Assembly (NCBI RefSeq): GCF_009914755.1
Contig: NC_060946.1
DNA from: the human T2T-CHM13v2.0 reference genome, Homo sapiens
Direction: 5' to 3' (one strand)
DNA length: 64,000 bases
Part shown: one piece after another, positions 1-41,246 of the stretch
How the letters are laid out: each line of letters begins with the position of its first letter
How positions within the stretch are numbered: the first letter of the stretch is position 1
Made by a program: the position numbers and the translations under genes
The notes under the pieces: generated by a model
Seen by the model: the letters and a program-made list of their open reading frames with translations, nothing else
What the model was told of the DNA's origin: nothing
The model's database searches: none

Positions 1-244
<244 letters not shown>

Positions 245-884
245 TGACCAATGTGTCCAACGAGTTTTGTTTTCAGTTGCGCAGCACCCACCTTCTTAGC
301 AGAAACTCCCTGTTCGGGCTTCCCTGTGCCCCACCCCCTTCCAGGCCTGATGGCCCTAGGCCTCCGTGCTTGGTTGGCCGGCAGGCTGACTCTGGTGGTA
401 GATCTGACTGCGTTGCCCTCCGGTAATTGGAGTTCTGTTGACAGGTGAGCAGCGCCCTTGGGTAGTTGGAGGTCTGTTGACAGCTGTGCGCGCCCTTCAG
501 GGTCAGTTCCCTCTCAGGCCTGCAGGGCCTCATTCTAGTTGCACATCAAATTCCTAAGCACTGTCTCCTGTGGCGCCCTCCCAAACCAGAAGAGCTTCCC
601 ACTTGAGCCGCATGCTTCCTGGGCTTCGGAGCCCTTTCCTGCAAATTATATAGGGCAGGTCCCCCTGCACCATCAGATTTCCACCTTTGCTGTTTTATTT
701 TTCCCAAACTTCTTATTTTAAAAGTTCAAACATTTGGAAAAACTGAAAAGACAGTGTAGTGCATACGCTTGTGCTCTCCACCGAAAGTTCAGTAGTTAAC
801 ATTTTGCTCTAGTTCTTGACATCCCAAAATACATACATGTGACAGCATAGAATTCACCAAGAGTCTTCAGCATTCCTGGAGACC

Positions 885-1012
885 AGGATTTTCAACCCAG
901 CCATGCTGACATTTGTGGCTGGGTAAGTCTTTATGGTGAGATGCTGTCTTGCGCATTGCAGGATGGCAGGGGTACCCTCCCTAGTCCTGAAAACCAAGAA
1001 TGCCTCCAGACA
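885..1012. mobile_element. MER20-like DNA transposon remnant
   Basis: Segments gacatttgtggctgggtaagtcttt...gctgtcttgcgcattgcaggatg...accaagaatgcctccagaca resemble the MER20 consensus as I recall it. Confidence 0.5.
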
Positions 1013-1509
1013 ACCTGGGTGGTGGGGTCAACCTTGGCCTTGGATTGGGAGCAAGTGCTCTAGAACAAGAGCGGTCTCCTACACAGCTGCAGAGGGTAGC
1101 CCCCTGAGAAATTAACTGTTCCAGGTGTCTCCTGACTTTCAGTGCATGGCCACATCATGGTACCTAACTTGTGGCAAATTGTTGCTTTATAAGTAAGGAT
1201 CCAGTCCAAGTTCATGTACTACAATTGGTTACTTTGGTCTCTTTGCTTCTGGAACAGTCCCCAACATTTATTGTGGCATTGACTTTTTATAGAGTCTAAT
1301 TCTATAATTAGAATGCCCTGCTCTGGATCTATCAGAGGAAATGCTTCCTCGTGCATTTAACCTGCTTCTCCACTCTCTGGGTTTACTGTACACTGGACTG
1401 CTGGTAGAAGCCTGATTAGAGGCAGGTTTAATGTGGCAAAAATTCCTCCTAGCGGTGCAAGGCCCCCTTCCCCAGAAGGCAGGCAGTGTCCATCTGCTCC
1501 AGGATTGGT

Positions 1510-1890
1510 GTGTTTCTATCAAGAATGGATGTTGGATTTTGGCAGTTTCCTTTTTGGCAGCTCTTGAGATGATCACGTGGTGAATCATTTTCTATTACTA
1601 CAGTGAATTACAGTCACTTGAATTCCATCCTACTGGGTCGTGCTGTAGTATCCTTTTTATGTATGCTGGATTTGATTTGCTAAAATCTTGTTAAGAATTT
1701 TTTTGTCTATGTTCATGATAAACTGTGGTCTATAGTTTTCATGTAATACCTGGTTTGGGTATCAGGGTTTTTGCCAGCCTTATAGGATGAGTTTCGAAGT
1801 GTTCTCTCCTCTTCAGTTTTCCAGAAGAGTTTGTGTAGAATTGGCATTACTTCTTCCCCTAAATGTCTGGGTGACTGTCTTTTTAAAAAT
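1510..1890 (-). mobile_element. Degenerate L1M ORF2 fragment
   Basis: T-rich plus strand; minus-strand peptides MPILHKLFWKTEEERTLRNSSYKA and KIQHPFLI resemble L1 ORF2 (PILLKLFQ...LPNSFYEA; KIQHPFMI). Confidence 0.7.
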
Positions 1891-3529
1891 TTTATTGAGC
1901 TGTAAGATGCATGCAGTTTACTAATCCCAAGTGCATGGCTCATTATTCCTTAATGCTCAGACTGTGCCATGTGTGGCCAGTTGGGGGCGCTCCAGGCACC
2001 TTTAGATGCCGCCCCATCATTCTGTGAGCACTTTCTTGCTTTCTGGTTCAGGTATGTGTTCAGGCTCATCTTTTCTTGTTTTCTCCGTGTCTCAGTCCTG
2101 GAATCGGCCATTTTTCCACAGAGTTGTAGTTCTTTCTAGCAGGATTGGGAGTTTCAGTAACTGCCTGGGCCCAATGCTGTTTGTGCTTCAGAAGGTTTGG
2201 GCCAGGTCCTGGTTCCACCAGCAGCAGGCATGCCTGCGTTGACTTTCTGCTTCTCCTGCTGATTTGGCAGGGGCGACTGGCTGCTCCTGCCTCCTTTGTG
2301 TTCCCGGTCGTGTCTAAGGCCAGGCCCCTTCTGCCCAGGCAGCCGGCGTGGCTCTCTTCTTGCCTTTTGGTTGCATATCTAGTGGAATCTCGTAGTGGAC
2401 CTGGCACTTGTAGCAATGTTTGATCAGTAGAGTGAAGAAGATGACATTTCCCTGCTTCCCTGTGTTATGGAGCTGTCTTGAGGGGGGCTTTTGGTAAATA
2501 CCATCGTCGAGGTGTGTACAGAATGCCAAGAAACAGGAGATTGGGGAAGGCTGTAGGCACAGCTGGAGCCAGGCTACCTGCAGGGGAGCCTCAGGGGCCG
2601 TGGAGTTCCCTGGAGACTTGCCACCAGAGAAGAGCTGCAACATCAGGGCTCTTCCCAGGAACAGAGTGTTGGATTTCACGTTTTGTTGTGGCCAGGGACC
2701 CCTCCTTCCTGGGGAACTGTAGCCATTTGGCACTTAATGCACTGGCGCCAGCTGCGGGGTGCTCCATGTTCCATTTTGCCATGATGGTTTATGTCCCATG
2801 ATCGCTTCCTCTGTACACTCCCTTCAGACTAGAGTTTGCACATCTGTGTTTGTGCACAGTTTAGCAGGGACCGTGGAGCTTTGCTTGGTGGCCGAGGGTG
2901 AGCCCCTCAAAGCCACACAGACTCCCTGGCCCAGAGCCTCACAGGCTTATGACACCCCAGGTTCATCCCAAACTTGGGCCTCCCAGGTCAGCTCACCCTT
3001 CTCCCTCTGGTGCTGTGTAGGGGCTGGGAGCTGCAAATGGGGGAGGGGGCTGCCCACCCTGAAGGGCAGCACCAAGGGTGGAGGGGCCAACCACACACCT
3101 GGTAGGCAGAGGCCCCACGCTCAGGGTCAGCGACCCGGCTCCTCCTGCTCCTTTCCCATGCCTTTGCCTGAGGTGGTCTCCAACACTTGAGTAGATGTCC
3201 TATGGCCTGTGGCCACGGGGGCCCTGAAGCCCTCAGACTGCAGCCTCCCTCCCGCCTGCCTCCTCCAGCTGCCCTGGGTCTGGGGCTGCAGCTTTGGCCC
3301 CACCTGGCCAGTCTTCCCCACCCCCACTCTCTTTCAGTGCCCCGCACCTTCTGGAATCCCCTGGAGACTTGCCGTGACAGTGGGGTGGGAGGATGGAGGA
3401 GGCTGGCGTCCTCCCCAGTGCAGACACCCCTTTGGCCTGGCTGCTCTGCTGGGTTGGTAAGGCAGGTGCCCATGGGTGAGGGCTGCTGCCGAGTCCCACC
3501 GCCTGCTGACGGGCTCTCATCCCTCCCAG

Positions 3530-3630
3530 TGCTCAGGCAGGCGCTGCGGCAGAAGCACCAGGAAGCCCAGCAGGCCTGCCGGCCCCATAACCTGCCTGTG
3601 CTTCAGGCGGCTCAGCAGCGAGAACTAGAG
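3530..3630 (+). CDS. DGCR6: DGCR6 coding exon 3
   Basis: Acceptor ccctcccag at 3521-3529, donor GTACTG at 3631; encodes (V)[33 protein letters not shown]. Confidence 0.93.
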
Positions 3631-4005
3631 GTACTGGGGACGCAGGCAGGGTGGCCGGCCCAGCTCTCCTGTGGGCACCACCTGGCTCTGCTGACTGGGC
3701 TGAGCTGAAGGGGTGTGGGGGGCTCAGGTGTGGGTGGCTACCCTGGGCCTGAGTGGGACACTGGAGGCCTAGTGAGTCCCACCAGGTGGCTCCTCGCTGA
3801 GGGTGCCAGGTGTGCTGGGACTGGGTGGAGGGTGAGAACCCACCAGTGCTCCCCTGGAGTCCATTAGTGCCCCTCGTGGGTTGGGGTCTCCGCAGAGCAG
3901 GTGGCCTCAGGGGGTACAAAGGCAATGGTGGGGTGATGGGGCCAGCCAGGAAGGGGCCCATCCTTCTCCCCGGGAGCACAGGGACAACCAGAGACCGGCA
4001 TGTAA

Positions 4006-4491
<486 letters not shown>

Positions 4492-4657
4492 TGAAGTGGA
4501 AGGATTGAGGCTCTGGAAAGGATTTCTGTGCCATTCCCAGCATGGAGGCCAGGCCCATTCCCTACAGGGGGGTGAGCCAGCCAGCCATGGGCACTGCCCA
4601 CCCTCCCCAGGCCTGCTGTGCCCCACAGGGCCCTCTTCTGCTCCCCTCCCGCATGCC

Positions 4658-4798
4658 ATTCCAAGTGGCCCTGCTGGGTGCAGAGGCTCAGATTCCGAGT
4701 GGCCCTGCTGGGGGCAGAAGCTCAGATTCCGAGTGGCCCTGCTGGGGGCAGAGGCTCAGATTCCGAGTGGCCCTGCTGGGGGCAGAAGCTCAGATTCC
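4658..4798 (+). repeat. 34-bp minisatellite, ~4.1 copies, in DGCR6 last intron
   Basis: Unit ATTCCGAGTGGCCCTGCTGGGGGCAGA(G/A)GCTCAG read directly four times. Confidence 0.95.
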
Positions 4799-4931
4799 AC
4801 CCTGTCGTAGCAGGCCATGACCAGGCTTCACAGGATGGTCGCCCCGTGGGCTCACTGCCTGGCACCTTTGGGCCGGGATGAAAGGGGCCTGGGGATCACT
4901 CTGGCCTTCATGGGGCCCCTCTGTATCCCAG

Positions 4932-5081
4932 GAGCTGATGCTGCAGATGAACCTGCTGGAACTCATCCGGAAGCTGCAGCAGAGGGGCTGCTGGGCAGGG
5001 AAGGCAGCCCTGGGGCTAGGAGGTCCCTGGCAGTTGCCTGCTGCCCAGTGTGACCAGAAAGGCAGCCCTGTCCCACCATAG
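4932..5081 (+). CDS. DGCR6: DGCR6 last coding exon
   Basis: AG at 4930-4931; [49 protein letters not shown] then TAG at 5079-5081. The C-terminal residues and adjacency to intact PRODH favour DGCR6 over DGCR6L. Confidence 0.92.
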
Positions 5082-5453
5082 CCACAGGCAGCAGAAGTCT
5101 GGGCAGAGTTCATCTTCTTGACCTTTGGCCACTGCCTTCCCAGCTGCCCGCAGGGGGTTCCCCCTGCTGAGGAGAGACCAGGTGGACCCCAGCTGCCTGT
5201 CACCCTTCATCTGGGACTTGCTGTCAAACCCTAGGATAGTCTCATAAAGGGGAGGCTGGGCCAGCCTGCTGCTGTCTGCTTCAGGGCCAGGCAGAGAGTG
5301 AGGCTGGGGGTTCTCACACCTTACTCCACCGGGCACATCCCAACCTGCACTGGGGCCCACTCGAGTGCTTGTTCTGGTCTCAGCCGCTCCCTTGGCAGCT
5401 GCAGCCCCCATGCAGAAGAGGCTCCCAGGCCCAAGCTCTGTGTGACCCAGAGA

Positions 5454-5459
5454 AATAAA
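5454..5459 (+). terminator. DGCR6: DGCR6 polyadenylation signal
   Basis: AATAAA ~370 nt after the stop codon, followed by GT-rich sequence (tgtggcttgtgtg). Confidence 0.85.
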
Positions 5460-6186
5460 GATGCCTCAGTGTGGCCCGCATGTGGCTTGTGTGATAGCTG
5501 CAGGTTCTGCCATAACCGGGGCCCTGGTAGGGCCCCCACCTCTGTTGCAGCAGAGGCCTCTACCTGGGGGCCCCTTCCTGGGCTATGTGCCCAGCCCACC
5601 ACCCCTCCCCCTGCCTGGAGACTGGGACCCTCCAGCCTTTCCTGCCCCAGCCCTGGTCCCAGGATGCTGTCACTGCCATCTGTACAGGGGCCCCCATCCA
5701 AGCCCCAGGGCATGAGGACCACATCCAGCCTGCTTTGTGGGGCTGGGGGCTGGAGAGCATGGGAGAAGGCCCGGAGTGCAAGTATGCGCCTGCCGCAGCC
5801 TGGTCAGTGTCCTGTGGGAACCACTAGGAGGAGCCTGATGCAGGTCACTGGGGTAGAGGACTCAGGGTGGCAGGAATGGCCTGAGGAGGAGCCCTGCGGG
5901 GAGGCGTGCCAGGCCCACCTGGGGAGCTTGGCCTCTGCATCTGCATGAGTCCCCTCCGTGCTGGCCTGGGCCCATGGGCCCTGCTGGGTCCTTGTGGAGT
6001 CAGGGTTGGGGGTGTCCAGCACCCTGGGTGGCCAGGTCTGCGCAGGGCCTGGCCCCCAGGAACAGATGATGCTGGAAGCCAGAGTCTGGGATGAGACTTC
6101 TCTGACCCTGTCTGAGCCACTCCCTCTTTGTTGCCCAGAGCTGACCCTGTGTGAGGGCAAAGGGCTCTCAGCTGCAGGAACAGTGG

Positions 6187-6192
6187 TTTATT
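6187..6192 (-). terminator. PRODH: PRODH polyadenylation signal
   Basis: TTTATT on plus = AATAAA on minus, ~375 nt downstream of the PRODH stop codon. Confidence 0.85.
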
Positions 6193-6566
6193 GACCAGGC
6201 AGGCCTCCCCAGCCCGGCCACTGCTCCCCAAGGGGCTCGGGCTGTGTGGGCTGGCCTTGGCAGAAGGTGGACAATCCTCTAGGTCCAAGGACATGGGGGT
6301 CACAGAGGTGGGGGCCTTGGGCCCACACATTCGAGGAGAGTTCCCAAAAGTTTCCAGTGGCTGTCCCAGGCAGGTATCAGGTTCGGCCCACACCTGAGTG
6401 CCCATACTCTGGGCAGGGCTGGGAGGCACCTGACCTCACCTCCAGCAGCTCTGCAAGTGTGGGGTGAAAAAAGGTGAATCTGTGTGAGGATGGGGTTGGC
6501 TGCAGCTGTGGTGATGGCCTGGGCGGGGGCGGGGGGTGCTGGAGGCTGAGGGTGTGCTGGCGGGTG

Positions 6567-29676
<23,110 letters not shown>

Positions 29677-29783
29677 GGCGGGACGGCGGTACCCGCCCGG
29701 GCCGCTTAAGTGTGCGCTGTTGGTCCCGCCCCGCCCCGCCCCGCCCCGCCCCGCCCCGCCCCGCTCGGTCCCAGAGGCCTCAC

Positions 29784-29945
29784 CCTATATTCCTGACAAA
29801 TGCCAGACAAGGGCTTAGACTTCACAAGCACCCTGGCACTTCAGCTGCATGGTGGGGACCCTCTGCCGGCAGGGCTGAGGCCAAGGCCCACTGGCTTCTC
29901 AAAGCCTCTGCTCCTGCTCTCCGTGAAGACAGCAACAGAGTGAGA
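29784..29945 (-). other. PRODH: Probable non-coding PRODH exon 1 (5' end approximate)
   Basis: Donor AGG|GTGAGG at 29783 and acceptor CCAACAG at 29717. Consistent with PRODH being described as 15 exons with a non-coding first exon; the TSS cannot be fixed from sequence. Confidence 0.55.
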
Positions 29946-29959
29946 CCCTGTCTCAAAAC

Positions 29960-30143
29960 AAAAATTATGTATTTTCAGATAGCTTGAAGGAGAATATTGA
30001 GTGTTCGTAATGCAAAGAAATAATAAATGTTTGAGATGATAGGTATGCTAATTACCCTTATCTGATCACTATACACGTACAGAAACATCACTACGTACCC
30101 CACAAATATGTACAATTATTATGTGTCAACTAAAAAATAAAAA
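29960..30143 (+). mobile_element. L1MA-like 3' end
   Basis: aaatgtttgagatgataggtatgctaattaccct...ccccacaaatatgtacaattattatgtgtcaa followed by an A tail. Confidence 0.7.
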
Positions 30144-30145
30144 TA

Positions 30146-30726
<581 letters not shown>

Positions 30727-30744
30727 TGAATTTTTTTTTTTAAA

Positions 30745-31045
30745 GAAAGATTCCGGACACAAACGGCCACAAGTTGTATGGTTCGTTTTATATGAAGAGT
30801 TCAGAATAGACAAATCGATAGAGACAGAAGTCACACGAAGACAAGCCCATAGTGGAGCCTGGTGAGTATGGCACTGGCAGTGGTGCCTGGAGGTGGAGGA
30901 CGGGAGGAGTGGGAGGGGCTGCCAAGGCCCACGGAGTTTCTTTGGGGTCCGGAAATACTCTGGGGCTAGAGAGTGGTGATGTTTGCTCAACCTTGTGTAT
31001 AGACTAAAAAACCATTCAATATCTCAATAAAGCTGTTATATTTTT
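30745..31045 (+). mobile_element. L1MB-like 3' fragment
   Basis: ttttatatgaagagttcagaatagacaaatcgatagagacagaag...gagtggtgatgtttgc...atctcaataaagctgtt. Confidence 0.6.
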
Positions 31046-31513
31046 TTAAAAAAGCAAAGTTCTAGCATTTGCTTCAAGGAAGCCTGTGGCCCTGCACAGA
31101 GGCAAAGGTGGGCAGGGGCTGCCAGGGGCAGGGCTGCAGAGAGGGCAGGGGGAGAAGCGAGGGGTGCAGGGATCACAGAGATCACCACTCACGTCCAGAC
31201 CATAGCAGAGCAGGCCTAGCGCTGGGTGCCCAGGCCCACGGGAGAGCCCACCTGTGAGGGCACCTGTGGGAACAAGGCTGGCCTGAAAGTCACTGGCTCC
31301 ATGTGACAATCAATGAAACAACCGAGTTTCACAGGAGCTCTGTAAATCCTAGGAAGCAGGTCTTAGGCTCAGCTGGGGACCCTTGGCAGGTGGCTACCCT
31401 GAGCCAGCTGATGGCTTTTTTTTTTTTTTTTTTTAAGAGACAGGGTCTCTCTCTGTTGCCCAAGCTGGAGTGCAGCCATGTGATCACAGCTCACTGTGGC
31501 CTTGAACTCCTGG

Positions 31514-31944
31514 TGTCTCATGTGTCCCTGTGAAGGGACCACCAACCAGCTTTGTATGAGCAACAAGGCTGTTTATTTCACCTGGGTGCAGGCAGGCTGA
31601 GTCCAAAAAAGGAGTCAGCAAAGGGTGGTGGGATTATCATTAGTTCTTACAGGTTTTGGGATAGGCAGTGGAGTTAAGAGCAATGTTCTGGGGGCAGGGG
31701 TGGATCTCACAAAGTACCTTCTCAAGGGTGGGGAGAATTACCAAGAACCTTCTTAAGGGTGGGGGAGATTATGAAGTACATTGATCAGTTAGGGTGGGGC
31801 AGAAACAAATCACAATGGTGGAATGTCATCAGTTAAGGCTATTTTCACTTCTTCTGTGGATCTTCAGTTGCTTCAGCCCATCTGGATGTATCCGTGCAGG
31901 TCACAAGGGATATGATGGCTTAGCTTGGGCTCAGAGGCCTGACA
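31514..31944 (-). mobile_element. Solo HERV-H LTR (LTR7 family, probably LTR7B/C type)
   Basis: Minus strand begins TGTCAGGCCTCTGAGCCCAAGCTAAGCCATCATATCCC (LTR7 5' end), contains AATAAA (31572-31577) and ends CA; 5-bp TSD CCTGG at 31509-31513 and 31945-31949; 431 bp. Confidence 0.88.
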
Positions 31945-32067
31945 CCTGGGCTCAAGTGATCCCCCTGCCTCAACCTCCCAAGTAGCTGGGACTACAGGCT
32001 GGACTGCACCTAGCTAATTTTTAAAAAATATTTTTTTGTGGAGACAGGGTCTGGCTGTGTTACCCAG

Positions 32068-33035
32068 TGTGGGGAAAAGCAAGAGAGATCAGATTGTTAC
32101 TGTGTCTGTGTAGAAAGAAGTAGACATAGGAGACTCCATTTTGTTATGTGCTAAGAAAAATTCTTCTGCCTTGAGATTCTGTTAATCTATAACCTTACCC
32201 CCAACCCCGTGCTCTCTGAAACGTGTGCTGTGTCAACTCAGAGTTAAATGGATTAAGGGCGGTGCAGGATGTGCTTTGTTAAGCAGATGCTTGAAGGCAG
32301 CCTGCTCCTTAAGAGTCATCACCACTCCCTAATCTCAAGTACCCAGGGACACAAAAACTGCGGAAGGCCGCAGGGACCTCTGCCTAGGAAAGCCAGGTAT
32401 TGTCCAAGGTTTCTCCCCATGTGATAGTCTGAAATATGGCCTCGTGGGAAGGGAAAGACCTGACCGTCCCCCAGCCCGACACCCGTAAAGGGTCTGTGCT
32501 GAGGAGAATTAGTAAAAGAGGAAGGAATGCCTCTTGCAGTTGAGACAAGAGGAAGGCATCTGTCTCCTGCCTGTCCCTGGGCAATGGAATGTCTCGGTAT
32601 AAAACCCGATTGTATGCTCCATCTACTGAGATAGGGAAAAACCGCCTTAGGGCTGGAGGTGGGACCTGCGGGCAGCAATACTGCTTTGTAAAGCATTGAG
32701 ATGTTTATGTGTATGCATATCTAAAAGCACAGCACTTAATCCTTTACATTGTCTATGATGCAAAGACCTTTGTTCACGTGTTTGTCTGCTGACCCTCTCC
32801 CCACAATTGTCTTGTGACCCTGACACATCCCCCTCTTCGAGAAACACCCACAAATGATGAATAAATACTAAGGGAACTCAGAGGCTGGCGGGATCCTCCA
32901 TATGCTGAACGCTGGTTCCCCGGTTCCCCTTATTTCTTTCTCTATACTTTGTCTCTGTGTCTTTTTCTTTTCCAAATCTCTCGTCCCACCTTACGAGAAA
33001 CACCCACAGGTGTGTAGGGGCAACCCACCCCTACA
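32068..33035 (+). repeat. 5' LTR (LTR5Hs)
   Basis: TGTGGGGAAAAGCAAGAGAG...CCACCCCTACA, 968 bp; SOX/OCT-like motifs CATTGT (32747), ATGCAAAG (32758), CTTTGTT (32768). Confidence 0.96.
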
Positions 33036-33037
33036 TC

Positions 33038-33055
33038 TGGTGCCCAACATGGAGG
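33038..33055 (+). other. Primer binding site (tRNA-Lys type), variant
   Basis: TGGTGCCCAACATGGAGG, 2 nt after the 5' LTR; the HML-2 consensus as I recall it is TGGTGCCCAACGTGGAGG. Confidence 0.85.
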
Positions 33056-34980
33056 CTTTTCTCTAGGGTGAAGGTACGCTCGAGCGTGGTCATTGAGGAC
33101 AAGTCGACGAGAGATCCCGAGTACGTCTACAGTCAGCCTTACGGTAAGCTTGTGCGCTCGGAAGAAGCTAGGGTGATAATGGGGCAAACTAAAAGTAAAA
33201 TTAAAAGTAAATATGCCTCTTATCTCAGCTTTATTAAAATTCTTTTAAAAAGAGGGGGAGTTAAAGTATCTACAAAAAATCTAATCAAGCTATTTCAAAT
33301 AATAGAACAATTTTGCCCATGGTTTCCAGAACAAGGAACTTTAGATCTAAAAGATTGGAAAAGAATTGGTAAGGAACTAAAACAAGCAGGTAGGAAGGGT
33401 AATATCATTCCACTTACAGTATGGAATGATTGGGCCATTATTAAAGCAGCTTTAGAACCATTTCAAACAGAAGAAGATAGCGTTTCAGTTTCTGATGCCC
33501 CTGGAAGCTGTTTAATAGATTGTAATGAAAAGACAAGGAAAAAATCCCAGAAAGAAACGGAAAGTTTACATTGCGAATATGTAGCAGAGCCGGTAATGGC
33601 TCAGTCAACGCAAAATGTTGACTATAATCAATTACAGGAGGTGATATATCCTGAAACGTTAAAATTAGAAGGAAAAGGTCCAGAATTAGTGGGGCCATCA
33701 GAGTCTAAACCACGAGGGACAAGTCCTCTTCCAGCAGGTCAGGTGCCCGTAACATTACAACCTCAAAAGCAGGTTAAAGAAAATAAGACCCAACCGCCAG
33801 TAGCCTATCAATACTGGCCTCCGGCTGAACTTCAGTATCGGCCACCCCCAGAAAGTCAGTATGGATATCCAGGAATGCCCCCAGCACCACAGGGCAGGGC
33901 GCCATACCCTCAGCCGCCCACTAGGAGACTTAATCCTACGGCACCACCTAGTAGACAGGGTAGTGAATTACATGAAATTATTGATAAATCAAGAAAGGAA
34001 GGAGATACTGAGGCATGGCAATTCCCAGTAACGTTAGAACCGATGCCACCTGGAGAAGGAGCCCAAGAGGGAGAGCCTCCCACAGTTGAGGCCAGATACA
34101 AGTCTTTTTCGATAAAAATGCTAAAAGATATGAAAGAGGGAGTAAAACAGTATGGACCCAACTCCCCTTATATGAGGACATTATTAGATTCCATTGCTTA
34201 TGGACATAGACTCATTCCTTATGATTGGGAGATTCTGGCAAAATCGTCTCTCTCACCCTCTCAATTTTTACAATTTAAGACTTGGTGGATTGATGGGGTA
34301 CAAGAACAGGTCCGAAGAAATAGGGCTGCCAATCCTCCAGTTAACATAGATGCAGATCAACTATTAGGAATAGGTCAAAATTGGAGTACTATTAGTCAAC
34401 AAGCATTAATGCAAAATGAGGCCATTGAGCAAGTTAGAGCTATCTGCCTTAGAGCCTGGGAAAAAATCCAAGACCCAGGAAGCGCCTGCCCCTCATTTAA
34501 TACAGTAAGACAAGGTTCAAAAGAGCCCTATCCTGATTTTGTGGCAAGGCTCCAAGATGTTGCTCAAAAGTCAATTGCCGATGAAAAAGCCCGTAAGGTC
34601 ATAGTGGAGTTGATGGCATATGAAAACGCCAATCCTGAGTGTCAATCAGCCATTAAGCCATTAAAAGGAAAGGTTCCTGCAGGATCAGATGTAATCTCAG
34701 AATATGTAAAAGCCTGTGATGGAATCGGAGGAGCTATGCATAAAGCTATGCTTATGGCTCAAGCAATAACAGGAGTTGTTTTAGGAGGACAAGTTAGAAC
34801 ATTTGGAGGAAAATGTTATAATTGTGGTCAAATTGGTCACTTAAAAAAGAATTGCCCAGTCTTAAACAAACAGAATATAACTATTCAAGCAACTACAACA
34901 GGTAGAGAGCCACCTGACTTATGTCCAAGATGTAAAAAAGGAAAACATTGGGCTAGTCAATGTCGTTCTAAATTTGATAA

Positions 34981-41246
<6,266 letters not shown>

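Noticed and set aside
4658-4798. 34-bp repeats as a CRISPR array
   Set aside because: The units are head-to-tail with no unique spacers, there are no cas genes, and the context is a human intron.
32319-32853. Antisense ORFs (125, 66, 68 aa) duplicated at 40530-41064
   Set aside because: They recur only because the LTRs are near-identical, and show no recognisable domains.
32957-33178. 74-aa N-terminal extension of Gag in the ORF track
   Set aside because: It starts at a GTG in U5, would block myristoylation at MGQTKS, and has no supporting context; canonical Gag starts at 33179.
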